A DNA stretch of 64,000 nt, taken from NCBI GenBank assembly GCA_043228905.1, contig JBHGNT010000013.1, forward strand, positions 18,290,001 through 18,354,000, written 5' to 3'. The notes beneath the pieces are model-generated. The model searched no databases. It was not told the origin of the DNA and was given only the letters and a program-made list of their open reading frames with translations. A program made the translations under genes and the position numbers. Shown piece after piece: positions 35,901 to 48,290 of the stretch; the stretch's first letter is position 1, and each line of letters begins with the position of its first letter. The stretch is from Azolla caroliniana. Taxonomy: Eukaryota; Plantae; Polypodiophyta.

Positions 35901-38391
35901 ACCGGTGAGGATCAACTCTACAAGGAGCAGTCCCGACCGGCAAGGGACCGGTTAGCACTCGAGGATCCGGCCGAAGACGGTGAAGAAACAGAACCGGCCG
36001 AAGAAGATGAAAATGATACCGGAACCGGCCCCGATCCCGAAATGGATTCGGATGAAGAAGAATCGGAAGAACCGGTTACCGAAGTTCCGGAACGGAGATA
36101 TCCTCTAAGAGAGAGAAGGCCCCCCCGGAGATTTCCGGAACCAGAGCACGTGCTGCTAACCGACGAGGGGGAGCCGGAGAGCTTTGAAGAAGCAAAACAT
36201 GACACCCAGAGCCGCAGGTGGTTGAGTGCCATGCAGGACGAGATGGATTCCCTGCATGAGAACCACACATATGAACTTGTGGAGTTGCCGAAAGGAAAGC
36301 GGGCACTTCGAAACAAGTGGGTGTTCAAGCTGAAACCGGGAGATGCCGGAAACCCCCCGAGATACAAAGCCAGGATCGTGGTGAAGGGGTTCCAGCAGAA
36401 GAAGGGCGTCGACTTCGACGAGATATTTGCCCCGGTAGTGAAGATGACCTCCATCCGGACGGTGCTGAGCATAGCGGCAAGCATGGACCTCGAGGTAGAA
36501 CAGATGGACGTGAAGACGGCATTCCTTCACGGCGACCTCGAAGAAGAGATCTACATGCAGCAACCGGAAGGATTCGAGAAGAAAGGGAAGGAGCACCTGG
36601 TATGCCGGTTGAAGAAGAGCCTTTACGGACTGAAGCAGGCTCCCCGGCAATGGTACCGGAAGTTCGACTCCTTCATGACCGACGAAGGGTACCTCAAAAC
36701 GCAGTCTGACCACTGCGTGTTTGTGAAGAAGTTCGAAGGAGGAGACTCTCTAATACTCCTCCTGTACGTGGACGACATGTTGATCGTCGGACGGGACCAG
36801 GTCAAGATACGGATGCTGAAGAAAGCTCTTCACCGAACCTTCTCAATGAAGGACCTGGGTCCGGCAAGGCAAATACTGGGGATGCACATCATCCGGGACC
36901 GGAAGAAGAAGCAGTTGTGGCTGTCACAGGAGAAGTACGTGACAAAGGTGCTTCACCGGTTCAACATGTCGGAAGCAAGACCGGTCGGGTCAACCCTCCC
37001 GGCAAACTGCAAGCTGTCCAGCAAGCAAAGCCCCAAGACAAAGGCTGAGAAGGAGGACATGATGAAAGTGCCATATGCCTCTGCCGTCGGAAGCTTGATG
37101 TACGCAATGGTGTGTACAAGACCGGACATTGGATACGCAGTCGGAGTGGTGAGCCGGTACATGAGCAATCCCGGTAAAGAGCATTGGAACGCGGCCAAGT
37201 GGATACTCCGATACCTGAAGGACACGGCAAACGTGTGCCTCCGATTCGGCTCCGGTAAGCCCGAACTCGACGGCTTCACCGATTCGGATATGTCAGCTGA
37301 TGCAGATACCAGCCGGTCCACATCAGGGTATGTGATGACGTATGCAGGGGGAGCTGTTTCATGGCAGTCGAGGCTGCAGAAGACGGTTGCGTTGTCAACC
37401 ACGGAGGCGGAGTACATGGCGGCTGTTGAAGCCGGCAAAGAAATGATATGGATGAAGGACTTCATTAGAGAGCTCGGTATCCGGCAGGAGGAGTACCGAC
37501 TCTACTGCGACAGTCAGAGTGCCATCCACCTTGCGAAGAACGCAGCCTATCACTCCCGGACGAAGCACATCCAGCGAAGATATCACTGGATCCGAGAGAG
37601 GATAGAAGACGAGGAGTTCGTGCTGACGAAGATCCACACGGACGAGAACGGGTTGGATATGCTGACCAAGGTGCTCACACCCGACAAGCTGGAAGCATGC
37701 CGGAAGAGGATCGGGTTGGAGAGACATCCCATGCCGAAGTGAAGGGGGAGTTTGTTGGGATTTCGGTCCCTCCGGATGGGATGTCCGGAGATGAATGACG
37801 GCAAGCCCGGAGGCTGTTACGGAACCGTAGGATGAAGAGTACCCGGTTACGGAGCCGGATGCTGTAGACCCCGGCTACGGAGCCGGATGACGAAGACCCG
37901 GCTACGGAGCCGGATGATGAATGTACCCGGAGAGAGATCCGGATGCGGGGACATATTTGTGAATATGTTTGCCAAGGGCCCTTGTGGCTATATTTGTAAA
38001 TGGCCCGAAAAGTCATATGTGTATAAATATGACTTAGGGCAAACAGTTTTTTAGTTGTTGCTCATTTTCTGTTTTCCACGAAGAGGGAGCGAAGTGAGAG
38101 CAGCCGAGAGAGAGAGAGGAAGGAAGAGGTCGACGCCTCTGTGTAATACCGCCGCCTGTGGCGAGGACAGTGAGCTCAAGGTTGTTGCCTTGTAGCTTCA
38201 CCATTGTACATCCCTGTTCATAGTGATAGTTGGAGTTTGAGGACTCCCGTGGTTTTTTCCCATTTAGGGTTTTTCCACGTAAAACATCCAGTGTATCCTT
38301 CTCTCTATTGTTTTCGTGCATTTCTTTGTATTTCCCGTTTTCTGTGAATCGATCCTGTTCCTCGGTTGTGGCCGAGCACGGACTTTCAACA
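33000..38391 (+). mobile_element. Intact Ty1/copia element A2 (sibling of A1)
   Basis: 639-bp LTRs at 33000-33638 and 37753-38391 (1 mismatch seen). TSD TCTTC at 32995-32999 and 38392-38396. PBS at 33642-33653. PPT at ~37739-37752. Confidence 0.98.
33669..37742 (+). CDS. Copia Gag-Pol polyprotein, 1357 aa
   Basis: Open ORF collinear with 960-5033; catalytic motifs intact. Confidence 0.96.
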   Translation: MEGGGSGPPGMMVLNSQNYADWKIKMEDLLIVRDLYEPIDRSEIPKGVLESEWKLLNRKAVATIRQYVDVSVLQHVANDTNAYEMWKKLSGLYERKNALNRTSLMRKIVNLKYRDGESMVEHVSTFMGFVNQLAAIKFPLEDAMQAIILMCTLPDSWENLVVTLSTSCTEDNLSLQTVKTSILNEEARRRDKEPASDTKALLTESDRGRQWNRSPQRREKSGTRSQSRGRPTCFHCGKPGHFRKNCRHYRKDNGADDTDSKKSPERNGAYRGATDRRGSDRRGQDRKGTTTLAASEEEIMLITEEGELNVAGDETTWVVDSGASFHLTPERRYFSSYTAGEHGCVRMGNEGTCRIAGIGDVWLTTPTGCKMLLKDVRHVPEVRLNLISAGRLDDEGYTGSIQNGVMKFSKGSLIVARARKDNTLYLMNARLCPEELNVAADTAGELWHKRLCHMSEKGMKRLAEDNLIPVKHVHLEKCTDCLAGKQNRTSFHSRPPTRRSAPLELVHTDVCQVETKSHGGAQYFVTFIDDHSRRLWTAPLKTKDQVLCVFKELHARVERESGKKLKAIRADNGGEYRGQFQEYCRSKGIRLEFNVPKTPELNGLAERMNRTIMERVRSMLAHAKLPKGFWAEAMSTATYVINRSPSVPLDGDTPQRVWTGREVSYRHLKVFGCLAFVHVAKDRRGKLDPKTRPCIFLGYGDDEFGYRVWDPVDKKIFRSRDIIFMEDKTLADWESEKKMKSSKSTGEDQLYKEQSRPARDRLALEDPAEDGEETEPAEEDENDTGTGPDPEMDSDEEESEEPVTEVPERRYPLRERRPPRRFPEPEHVLLTDEGEPESFEEAKHDTQSRRWLSAMQDEMDSLHENHTYELVELPKGKRALRNKWVFKLKPGDAGNPPRYKARIVVKGFQQKKGVDFDEIFAPVVKMTSIRTVLSIAASMDLEVEQMDVKTAFLHGDLEEEIYMQQPEGFEKKGKEHLVCRLKKSLYGLKQAPRQWYRKFDSFMTDEGYLKTQSDHCVFVKKFEGGDSLILLLYVDDMLIVGRDQVKIRMLKKALHRTFSMKDLGPARQILGMHIIRDRKKKQLWLSQEKYVTKVLHRFNMSEARPVGSTLPANCKLSSKQSPKTKAEKEDMMKVPYASAVGSLMYAMVCTRPDIGYAVGVVSRYMSNPGKEHWNAAKWILRYLKDTANVCLRFGSGKPELDGFTDSDMSADADTSRSTSGYVMTYAGGAVSWQSRLQKTVALSTTEAEYMAAVEAGKEMIWMKDFIRELGIRQEEYRLYCDSQSAIHLAKNAAYHSRTKHIQRRYHWIRERIEDEEFVLTKIHTDENGLDMLTKVLTPDKLEACRKRIGLERHPMPK

Positions 38392-39385
38392 TCTTCATCA
38401 TCAATAGTAACATTGAGATTTTGCAAATCCATGATAATAGATTCAAATTCATCAATATGAGAACTGAGAGATGTACCTTCACTCATCCGTAGTGAATACA
38501 AGCATTGTTTCCTATAAAGCTTGTTCGTCAGAGTCTTTTTCAGATAGAGAGACTCCAAATTTTCCCATAGTGCCTTCGCTGTCTTCTCAGAGATTACCTC
38601 TCGCAAAACTTCATTTGCCAAAGACAGTTGAATCGCTGAGCGGGCCTTCTTGTCTATATCCTCCCACCTAATGTCCGTCATACCGTCGGGCCTTATGTCT
38701 AAAGCCTTCTGAACTCCGTTCTGCACAAGGATTGCGCGCATCCTTACTTGCCAAAGAGAAAAGTTGATTTTTCGATCGAACTTCTCGACATCAAATTTTG
38801 TTGTCGACATCTTGACTTAACAAGAAAATACCAAAACTAATGTACTAACAACCAGGGCTCTGATACCAATTTGTTAGGGTGACACTTGGATCAAATAGTA
38901 CATTAGATTAAATAGAAGACAATAATATGATAATATAGGAGCGGAGAAATAAATGACACGAGTATTTACGTGGTTCGGTTAAATTAGCCTACGTCCACGG
39001 AAAGGAGAGTGATTCCACTATAAGAAAATGTAAGAGAGAGTTTACAACAATTAGAGAAATTGTTCTCTAATTAAACCCAACACCCAAGAGAATAACCTCA
39101 CAATTCTCTCTAAGGAATTCTCTCTCTAAAATGGTGTTCCCAACTCTCTAATTCTCTCAAATATCACAAGCCTACAACTCTTGGTGGTCTCTCATCAAAT
39201 GACTAAGGCTGCCTATATTTATAGCCCTCACTTCACTAACTTTTGCATGATAATGATGCATGCATGGACCACTATATATATATCCCTCACTTTACTAACT
39301 TTTTCATGGACCTTTCTATATACTTCATGTAGTTGAGAGACGTGGCTTTTCATAAACCACAAAAAATAATTCAAGTCATTTAACA

Positions 39386-42300
39386 GGAAGAATGGTGAGT
39401 CCTCAAGACGGAGGGCCTTCCACAGCTCGTCTTCCATGACAACAATGGGATGGGTGTACGCGGCAGCAAGAGCCTCACCGAAGTGAAGAATTTCAACGAT
39501 TCACGAAACGATTTGAGCCACTTACCAGATAGAATCCACCTGATCTGGTACATCATCAGCGCAGTCGATAACAGATTCGCAAACGATGGTGACCTTATGC
39601 GTGTGGTGCGGGAGAGCAACATCCCCATGCTGGTCATCATGACCTACAATGATATCCGCGAGGAAGACCGCGAGCAATATGTCAATGAAGACAATCTAGA
39701 CTTGCTTCTCAAATTGGTCACAGACGAGAAGGAGAGGTCAAAGATCAAACGACAGATCGTGCGGATCACTAACAAAGTGCAGATCGATGAAAAGACATGT
39801 GAAATAATTGGAGAATCAGACACCCAAGGGCTACGGAACGTGTCGAGGCAAATCGAGATGCTTCTGCACAAGACCGCCAAGTTCACATGGATCGCGGCGC
39901 AAGCCGTGGACATATGCACCAAGATCCACGCGACGACCACATTGATTTTGCGAATGACCAAGGCGGCTCTTATTGCCAAGGTATTGACGTTTTCCATGAA
40001 TTCCTTCTCCCTCCTCGTCGTGCTCGGCACCTTGGAGACGAACATCTGCAAGATATGGAGGGTTTCGATTGAGCTCCAGAAGGCATTGTGGAGCATGTAT
40101 TTTCACAACGAAGGATATCGGATGTTTCTTGGCGAGGCATGTCACGACATGGTGAAGGTAATGAAAGCGTTGGGTGCTCTCATAATGTCGGTAGGGTCCA
40201 CCGCCATCGTTCCGGTGCCAACTCTACTTAATGTGTGTTAAGATTACCTGTTTACACCACAAATGATAAAACATGAGTTATGAGAATAAAGACAAAATAT
40301 GAGTTACAAAGAACAATAAGAAAAAGACAAAACAACAGTTACAAAGAAGTAACGGCTAGTTGTTACTTCTTTGTATATATATATGTATGAAGTATTGTTT
40401 AGTGATGTGTGTGATACTACATCTAGAGTTGTTACCGTAGGTTCTCACATTGTAATACACTTGTCTTAATATAATATCTTACCTTGTTCTACATTCTTTG
40501 AAAACTCTCTTTCTTTCTCTGTTGTCAATCCAACCCATTATGTTCTGAACTTTACTACATGGTATCAGAGCTTAGTTGCACGATCTGAATCTCATACTCC
40601 CCTATAACCAACAAAACTTACCACAGATTATTTCAATTAAACAAATCTTAGTACTACCACTATGGCAAGCTCAAGCAGAAAATATACCTTAGAAAAATTA
40701 ACGGACAAAAACTACAAAACCTGGAAGACTCAAATGGAGTTGTTACTTGATGTTGAGGAGCTCCTTGACATCACAACGGGCGCTAGTCCAGAACTTGTAA
40801 AACGAGAGTCAGAAGGATGGCATGAGTGGCGAAAGCTGGATAAAAGAGCTAGACTAGAGATAATGTTAAATGTAGATGAAAAGCAGTCAGAAATTATTCG
40901 CAAACTCACATCTGCAACTACGATGTGGGCAAAACTGAAGGAACTATACGAACCTCAAGATGGTACAAATAAACTCCACACCTTAGCTACCCTGTTTAAT
41001 ATGTGTGTTTTACAGGAAGAAGAAGATGTTCCTACCTTCTTATCAACTTGGGAGGCAGCCATGGATGATGCAACTACCGTCGGCAACTGCATCTCAGAAG
41101 ACATCAAGATTGGATTAGTGCTAAGCAAACTCCCTGAATCTTGGGGATCATTCATCACTACGCATAGTAGCACGGCAACATTGTCTGAGCTACTTACTAA
41201 GATCTGCCATGAAGACATTCGACGACTGAAGAAGAATAATGCTCAACCGATCGCAATGGCAGTCTCCATCAATCGATTCCAAAGGGGTCATCCAACAAAC
41301 CAATAAAGGTACAGACCTGGTAAAGTAAGAAATAATGAGTCTAATAATAACAAAACATACATTAAGAGTGAAGCACAAAAATACTATGGGAACAACTCAT
41401 GACAAAATGGAAGCTTTAGAATCATCTGTAGATATTGCAAGAAGGAAGGACATACCGATCGAGTATGTTGCCTCAAGCAAGCAGAGAAGAACTCCAACCG
41501 ACCCCAGGCATATAATGTGGTTATCCAACAAGAAGATGATAGAAATCCAGAATACTCTTTTGAAGAAGCACCTGAACAAAATGGAGAACATGATGAAGAA
41601 GAGTACATTCAAGCATATAATGCAAACACATTTGAAGAAAATCAAAATAAGGATGATTGCACCTGGTTCTTGGATACCGGGGCTACTCACCATCTAACAT
41701 ACTGAAAAGACCGGTTGGACAACTATCAAGAGCTCCCAATACCATTGAAGGTCACCTTTGGAGACAAAGATCAAAAAGTGATAGTTGGGAAAGGTAATAT
41801 CAAATTAAGACTCATTAGTAATCATGTTGTACAAATTTCAGATATATACTTTGTACTTGGAATTGCAAAAAATCTATTATTTGTGGGACAAGTTACTGCA
41901 AAAGGAATGATAATCAAATTCAGCAAACAACAAGCTACCCTATACATCCAAGATGATCAACATGAGATAAAAATTGTATGTCCAAAACAAGGGCAACTAT
42001 ATCCTGTCAAGGCAAATATAGGAGAAGCATTAGCTGTTGAAGTACATCGAGGAGTAGACAATGTGTCCCCCACCTATCTATGGCATTGTCGGTTCGGTCA
42101 TCTACATACACCAACACTCAAGTTGTGTCAAAATTAGAACCTAGTAAGAGGTTTACCTTCCACAATCTTTAAATCTATTGATATTTGCGAAGGATGCATG
42201 TATGGGAAAATGGCTCAAAAATCATTCCCACTAAGTAACTCAAAGAGAAAGGAACTACTTCAACTTGTTCACATGGATGTATGTGGACCGATAACTCCCA

Positions 42301-45300
42301 ACTCACTCTCCGAAGCAAGGTACTTTATAATGTTCATTGATAACACTTCGCGATTCACAATGGTTAACTTTCTTAAACAAAAGGGAAATGCTTTCAAAGC
42401 ATTTTGTGCATATAAGAGCTTTGTTGAAAATCAAACACAACTTAAAGTTAAAGTAATAAGAAGTGACAATGGTGGGGAGTTTGTTTCACAAGAATGGGAA
42501 GCCTTTAACGAAAAAAATGGTATATTTCATCAAAAGTCAACTGTCTACACACCTCAACAAAATGGGATAGCCGAGAGAAAGAATCGCACCTTATTAAATG
42601 TTGCTAGGAGTATGCTGAAGACGAGTGGAATGACCTCGAGATTCTGGGAAGAAGCAGTAGCCACAGCTTGTTACCTACAAAACAGAACTCCTCACCAAGG
42701 TATAGAAGGACAAGTGCCATACATCATGTGGTATGGGTACCCACCTGAGATATCACATCTTCGAGTATTTGGAACAACCGCATTTGCATACATACAACCT
42801 GCCAAGAGGACAAAACTTGAGGATCGATGCATCAAAGGAAAACTTTATTGGATATGGGGAGCCATATGGAGTAAAAGCATACAAAATGTACCTTTCCGAT
42901 ACAGGTAAAATAATTTTTAGTCATTCTGTGGAGTTTGATGAGAAAAGTCTTTTTTCTAGGTCATCATATGTAATGAAAGAAACCGGGAGTGAACACCTTA
43001 CCAAGGAAATCACAAAGTTAAGACTTCCTCAAGCAACAACAATGGAATCTGAAAATGGTGGGACGAACATCATCAACACCGAACTACACAACAATCATGA
43101 TGCGCCAACAACTAATGCAACAAAAAACAGAGGAGAGAAACTCAACCAACTACCTCATTCTCAGATCTTAACCACTCAAGATGAGGGGTTGGAAACCTCT
43201 ACTGCAAAAACCGCCACCAAGCCTATGGCCACAAAATTAGCCACGCGAAGTCTCGAACCCAAGGATGTGCTAGTGCACCGCCAACAACCCAACAACTCTT
43301 CCTCATCATCCGAATGTTGAAATTGTGAATCTGAACATACAAGTTCAGGTCACCTACAACCCTACACCTTAGAGTATCCTCAAAATCTCAAATTTGGTAG
43401 TCAATTTGTCCGCCAATCTGATGCTCGGAGCTCCGAAGGTGAACAAGTGTATGACCGAAGCCTCGAAAGCAACGATCAGTCCATTGCCCAATATATTACT
43501 CGAAGCCTTGAACCTGAGCATACGATTGGCAACCACATCCAACCATGTGCATCCTCCATGACTACAAGAAAACAAAGCTCCAGATCTGAGAATATGGATC
43601 TCAGCCGCCTAAAAACCTACAATCTCTCCAAAACAACCTTAAAAGACAAAGAAATTAGGGCAAAAAAGTCTAAGGTAAGGTTACTTAGTGATATCTACGC
43701 TGCAACTAAGGACGAGGTGCTTGAAAAGTCGACATGTCACTTCGTAACAGAGACAGAGTTTGACATATCCATCTTTGCAGCCATCATCGAAGGAGACAAC
43801 TATGACACGGCTCCAATTCTCACCTTCAAGCAAGCATTAAAAAGTAAAGAAAAAGACAATTTTGTTGCGGCAATTAAATCTGAATTCTCATCACTCCAAA
43901 AGAATCTCACATGGACCCAAAAGAATCACACATGGACATTAGTACCGCGGCCTTGTCACTCCAATGTCATCACTTGTAAGTGGCTTTTTACAAAGAAATA
44001 TGATGCCCTAGGTACTCTCATGAGGTTCAAGGAGAGATTAGTAGCTCGAGGATTCTCACAAATACCAGGTGTGGACTACCATGAAACTTTTTCACCCACT
44101 CTAAAGATGACTGCACTTCGATTGATTCTTGCCATTACAGCATATTTAACTCTTGAACTTCATCATGTTGATGTTGAAACAACGTTTTTACATGGTGATT
44201 TAGAAGAAGATATATATATGGAACAACACCAAATATTAGATAATAATATAGACCCTAATTATGTGTGTAAACTTAACAAACCTTTATATGGCCTAAAATA
44301 ATCCCCTAGACAATGGTATGCCAAGTTTCATAAGTTCCTCTTATCAATCAAATTTCAACAACTTCAATCGGAACCTAATCTATATATAAGGAAAACAAAA
44401 ACAGAATTCTTACTCTTGGGAGTCTATGTGGATGATTTACCTATTGCTAGGACATCGGAAGACTTGGTAATGGAATTTATTGCAGAGTTATGACAACAAT
44501 TCCCTATCAAACATCTTGGGCCACTAGAACATTTTCCTAGGATTCATGTAAAAAGGAATCGAACTCTAGGTACACTCTCCCTATCACAAGAAAACTTTGT
44601 TGATAATATACTAACCAAGTTTGATATGTTTGAGTGTTCTCCAATCTCCACTCCCCTCACAGTACCATGCAAATTATCATCCAAAGATTCACCACATACA
44701 ATCAAAGAAACTTACTTTATGAAGAATATCCCGTATCGCCAAATGTTGGGGAGCATTTGATACCTTGTCAGCTACACTCGACCCGACTTATCTTTTGCCG
44801 CTGGATACCTGTCAAGATTCATGGAGAATCCAGGAGTTAACCATTGGAAAGCACTTAAAAGAGTATTATGGTATTTGAAGTACACAAGGGATATGACACT
44901 TACTTACACATCAAACTCTAAAGCCCAACATTCAGATATCCAAGGTTGGCTATCAACACCACTACATGGTTGGACGGATGCAGATTGGGGGGGGGGGGGG
45001 GGGACAAGGATACCTCTCAATCCACCTCTGGCTATGTATTCCTATTTGCAGGTGGTGCCATTTCATGGCGAACAAAGAAACAAGCTACCGTCACCCTCTC
45101 TTCCATTGAAGCAGAATACATAGCAGCTACTCTCACTACAAAGGAAGGATTATGGTTGAAGTCCATCATTGATAAACTTGCCATCCTGAAAATTTCTGAA
45201 TTCAAGTTATGGTGTGACAACCAATCCTGCATCAAAATCACTAAGGACCCCAAGATCACAGAGCAAAACAAGCATATCCGCGCACGCCATCACTTCATCT

Positions 45301-46271
45301 CAGAACTTCTTGAAGAATCTAACCTCTCTATTGGACATACTTCAACACAAGCTATGTGGGCTGATTTTCTTACCAAGCCAGTACCCAATGCAAAACATTG
45401 GAGTTGCTGCCACCATATTGGATTAAGTATTCATCCAAATAGATGAGTTGGTAGTGTCACAACTAAGGGGGGGGGTGTTAAGATTACCTATTTACACCAC
45501 AAATGATAAAACATGAGTATGAGAATAAAGACAAAATATGAGTTACAAAGAACAATAAGAAAAAGACAAAACAACAGTTACAAAGAAGTAACGGCTAGTT
45601 GTTACTTCTTTGTATATATATATGTATGAAGTATTGTTTAGTGATGTGTGTGATACTACATCTAGAGTTGTTACTGTAGGTTCTTACATTGTAATACACC
45701 TATCTTAATATAATATCTTACCTTGTTCTACATTCTTTGAAAACTCTCTTTCTTTCTCTGTTGTCAATCCAACCCATTATGTTCTGAACTTTACTACAAT
45801 GTGTCTGTCACTAGTGGACTCCTTCTCACATGGAATCCTGGTGTAAAGGATCCCAATGAGCAACGTTGTAGCAAGACGACCGTCATGATCATCACATACG
45901 CGCTACATCTCCTCTTGGCCATCCTCTTCATGAAGGCACAGCAATGGATTAAGAAGCAAGCCGGCCAAGGCCAAGGCCAGCACCAGACCCAGCCGCATGA
46001 GCCATGGGATCCGGCACTCACACAAAACCATTACATGAGGCTCTGTGAAGAGTTCTTGAAGAATATGGAGACCCACGTCCCAGTTTTAGAACAAGGTGGT
46101 AGTAGTAGTGGTGGCCCCGCCATTAGCTCCACATGGGACATCGTGTTTAGATCGGACAACGTGGTGCGTTTCATCGACAACTTTGAATTGAAACGATATA
46201 AGATGTACTGCCGAGATGCCCACGATCACGATGACAGCCATGTGGTGTCCACTAGACCCATGAACCACCAG
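39386..46271 (+). pseudogene. Second GTPase paralog: 5'-truncated and split by copia D (coding pieces 39386-40235 and 45804-46271)
   Basis: EEW*VLKTEGLPQLVFHDNNG, IHLIWYII, IPMLVIMTYND and IITYALHLLLAILFMK align with the 21355 gene. The frame is restored at TSD ATGTG. The P-loop is missing. Confidence 0.9.
40236..45798 (+). mobile_element. Full-length degenerate copia D, inserted in GTPase paralog 2
   Basis: LTRs at 40236-40559 and 45476-45798 (5 substitutions and 1 indel seen). TSD ATGTG. PBS at 40560-40571. G-run PPT. Polyprotein 40662-45446 is broken by stops and frameshifts. Confidence 0.96.
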
Positions 46272-47094
46272 GTACCATTCCTCCTCTCCGTCATTCTAGT
46301 ACTACTAACTTGTCAACTTCGTAGGGTTACATCCCCGATATTAAGGTCCCCCCCCCCCCCGCTAAATGCCTCACATCCACTTATATCATTAAAATGTTAT
46401 TTAGGTCAATCCAGAGCCTGAGCCTGGATCAAGGAACAATACAAATAACCCACAAAACGAAGATCAAGAGATTCGCGACTACGAACCTTATTATTGTAAG
46501 ATTCTTGTAAAGAATCGGGTATGATTCTTGTGAAGCGGAAGAGATGTGAGTTATATGTGTGTATGAGAGAGAGAGAGAGATTGAGAGAGACAAGGAGTAA
46601 GACACAGAGAATACGCAAGGTAAAAGTATATTAACACAAGAGAAAGACTTAACTTAATACAAGGTGGGAGGAGGGTGCTTTATATAGTCACCCTCTTTCT
46701 TCATTAACTACAAGACTCATGGAGCATGGGGAATGTGAAAGGTCATAAGTTATGTGTCATAGAATATGATTCTATGACTCATACTAAATGCTAGAATACA
46801 AAGAGGTGGCATAATGGTGACTCTTGACCGTTGGAGTGTCTATTCACTCTCAAGCTGAGTTCACACACTAGACCAACTTTAGCTTGATTCTCAACACGCC
46901 CCCTTAAGCTCAAGTCGGGTCGGTTTTAGACGGTATCTGAAATCCGCTTCGACTCGCGTTCCGGAGTCCACGTCGACTCGCATTTACGCGGAGGCTCGGA
47001 ATCCGTGCTCCAGCTTGCATTGTTGGTAGTTGCGATGGCTGTGCTTCGGCTTGCGGCTTCGCGCGGTAGATCGGCTCTTCGTGGCTTCGTTGCG

Positions 47095-47197
47095 CAGTTG
47101 CGTAATCCACGCGCTATTGCGTAGTGTGCACGGTTTGCGGAATCCACGCGTTATTGCGTAAACTACGCGGTTTGCGGAATCCACGCGTTATTGCATA
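47095..47197. repeat. ~37-bp tandem repeat x3 in the 3' UTR of copia B2
   Basis: TGCG(T/G)AATCCACGCG(C/T)TATTGC recurs three times. Confidence 0.85.
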
Positions 47198-48290
47198 ATG
47201 TCTTCAGTACTCCCCCTCAAGCTTGGCTGGTCAGGGATCGTCAATCCAAGATCGATCATGAATTGCCATAGCTTGTCGGCTCCTAAGGCTTTAGTGAAGA
47301 TGTCGGTTGTTTGAAGATTGGTGCTAATGTGTTGTAGGTCGACATCGCCCGCTAGAACGCGCTCTCGAATGAAGTGATAGTGACTTTGATGTGCTTTGTT
47401 TGCGCGTGGAACACCGGATTCTCTGCCAAATAGATACTACTCATGTTGTCGCAGTAAAGGGAAGTTGGATCCTTGATGGGTACACCCAGATCTTTGAGTA
47501 TCCTTTTGAGCCATACGGCTTCATATGCGGCCATTGCCGCGCCCCTGTATTCTGTCTCTATGCTCGAAAGAGCGACGGTTGGTTGCTTTTTGCTGCTCCA
47601 CGATATTGCTCCGCTGCCGAGGGAGAAAACAAATCTGGAGGTTGATCTTCTATCGGCTTTGTAGCCGGCCCAATCGGCGTCTGTGTACCCCTCGAGTCGT
47701 ATTGGCATCGCGGTCTTGTAGAGGATGCCGCAATCCATTGTGCCACTCACGTATCGTAGAATTCGCTTAGCGCAACCCAAGTGAGTATCACGTGGTGTTT
47801 CCATGAATTGACTAAGGAGACCGACCGGATAACTGAGATCGGGTCGAGTGATCGTGAGGTAGATGAGACTCCCAATGAGTTGCCGATATTGAGTCCGCTC
47901 ACACGCTTTGGTGCCGGAGTTCACATCCAGTTTGAGATTGCGATCCAGTTGGGTTGCCGCGGATTTGCACTCAGCCATCCTGAACTTGTATAACAAGTTG
48001 AGGATGTAGTGCCGTTGAGAGATCATGATTCCAGCCGGAGTCCGAATTACCTCGATGCCGAGGAAGTAGTGGAGCTCCTTCATGTCCGTCATCTCGAACT
48101 TGCAGAAAGCAGGGATTTGACCTTATTGATTTCGACGAGATGCTCACCTCCAATGACTAAGTCATCCACATATAAGATGATGATGATCGGACTAGCAGAA
48201 TTGATTCGTATGTAGAGGGAGTTGTCCGATTTTGACATACGGAAGCTGATTTGATGAAGATATTGCGTTATCTTCGAATGCCAAGCACGC

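Larger units (their letters stand above)
31310..39385 (-). mobile_element. 3'-truncated Tnt1/Tork-like copia (5' LTR 38872-39385, Gag, protease, integrase), interrupted by copia A2
   Basis: PBS at 38857-38868. Gag MSTTKFDVEKFD... rejoins across TSD TCTTC (IDDED|KALLLLC). Protease and integrase at 31310-32740. RT, RNase H and the 3' LTR are absent. Confidence 0.9.
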
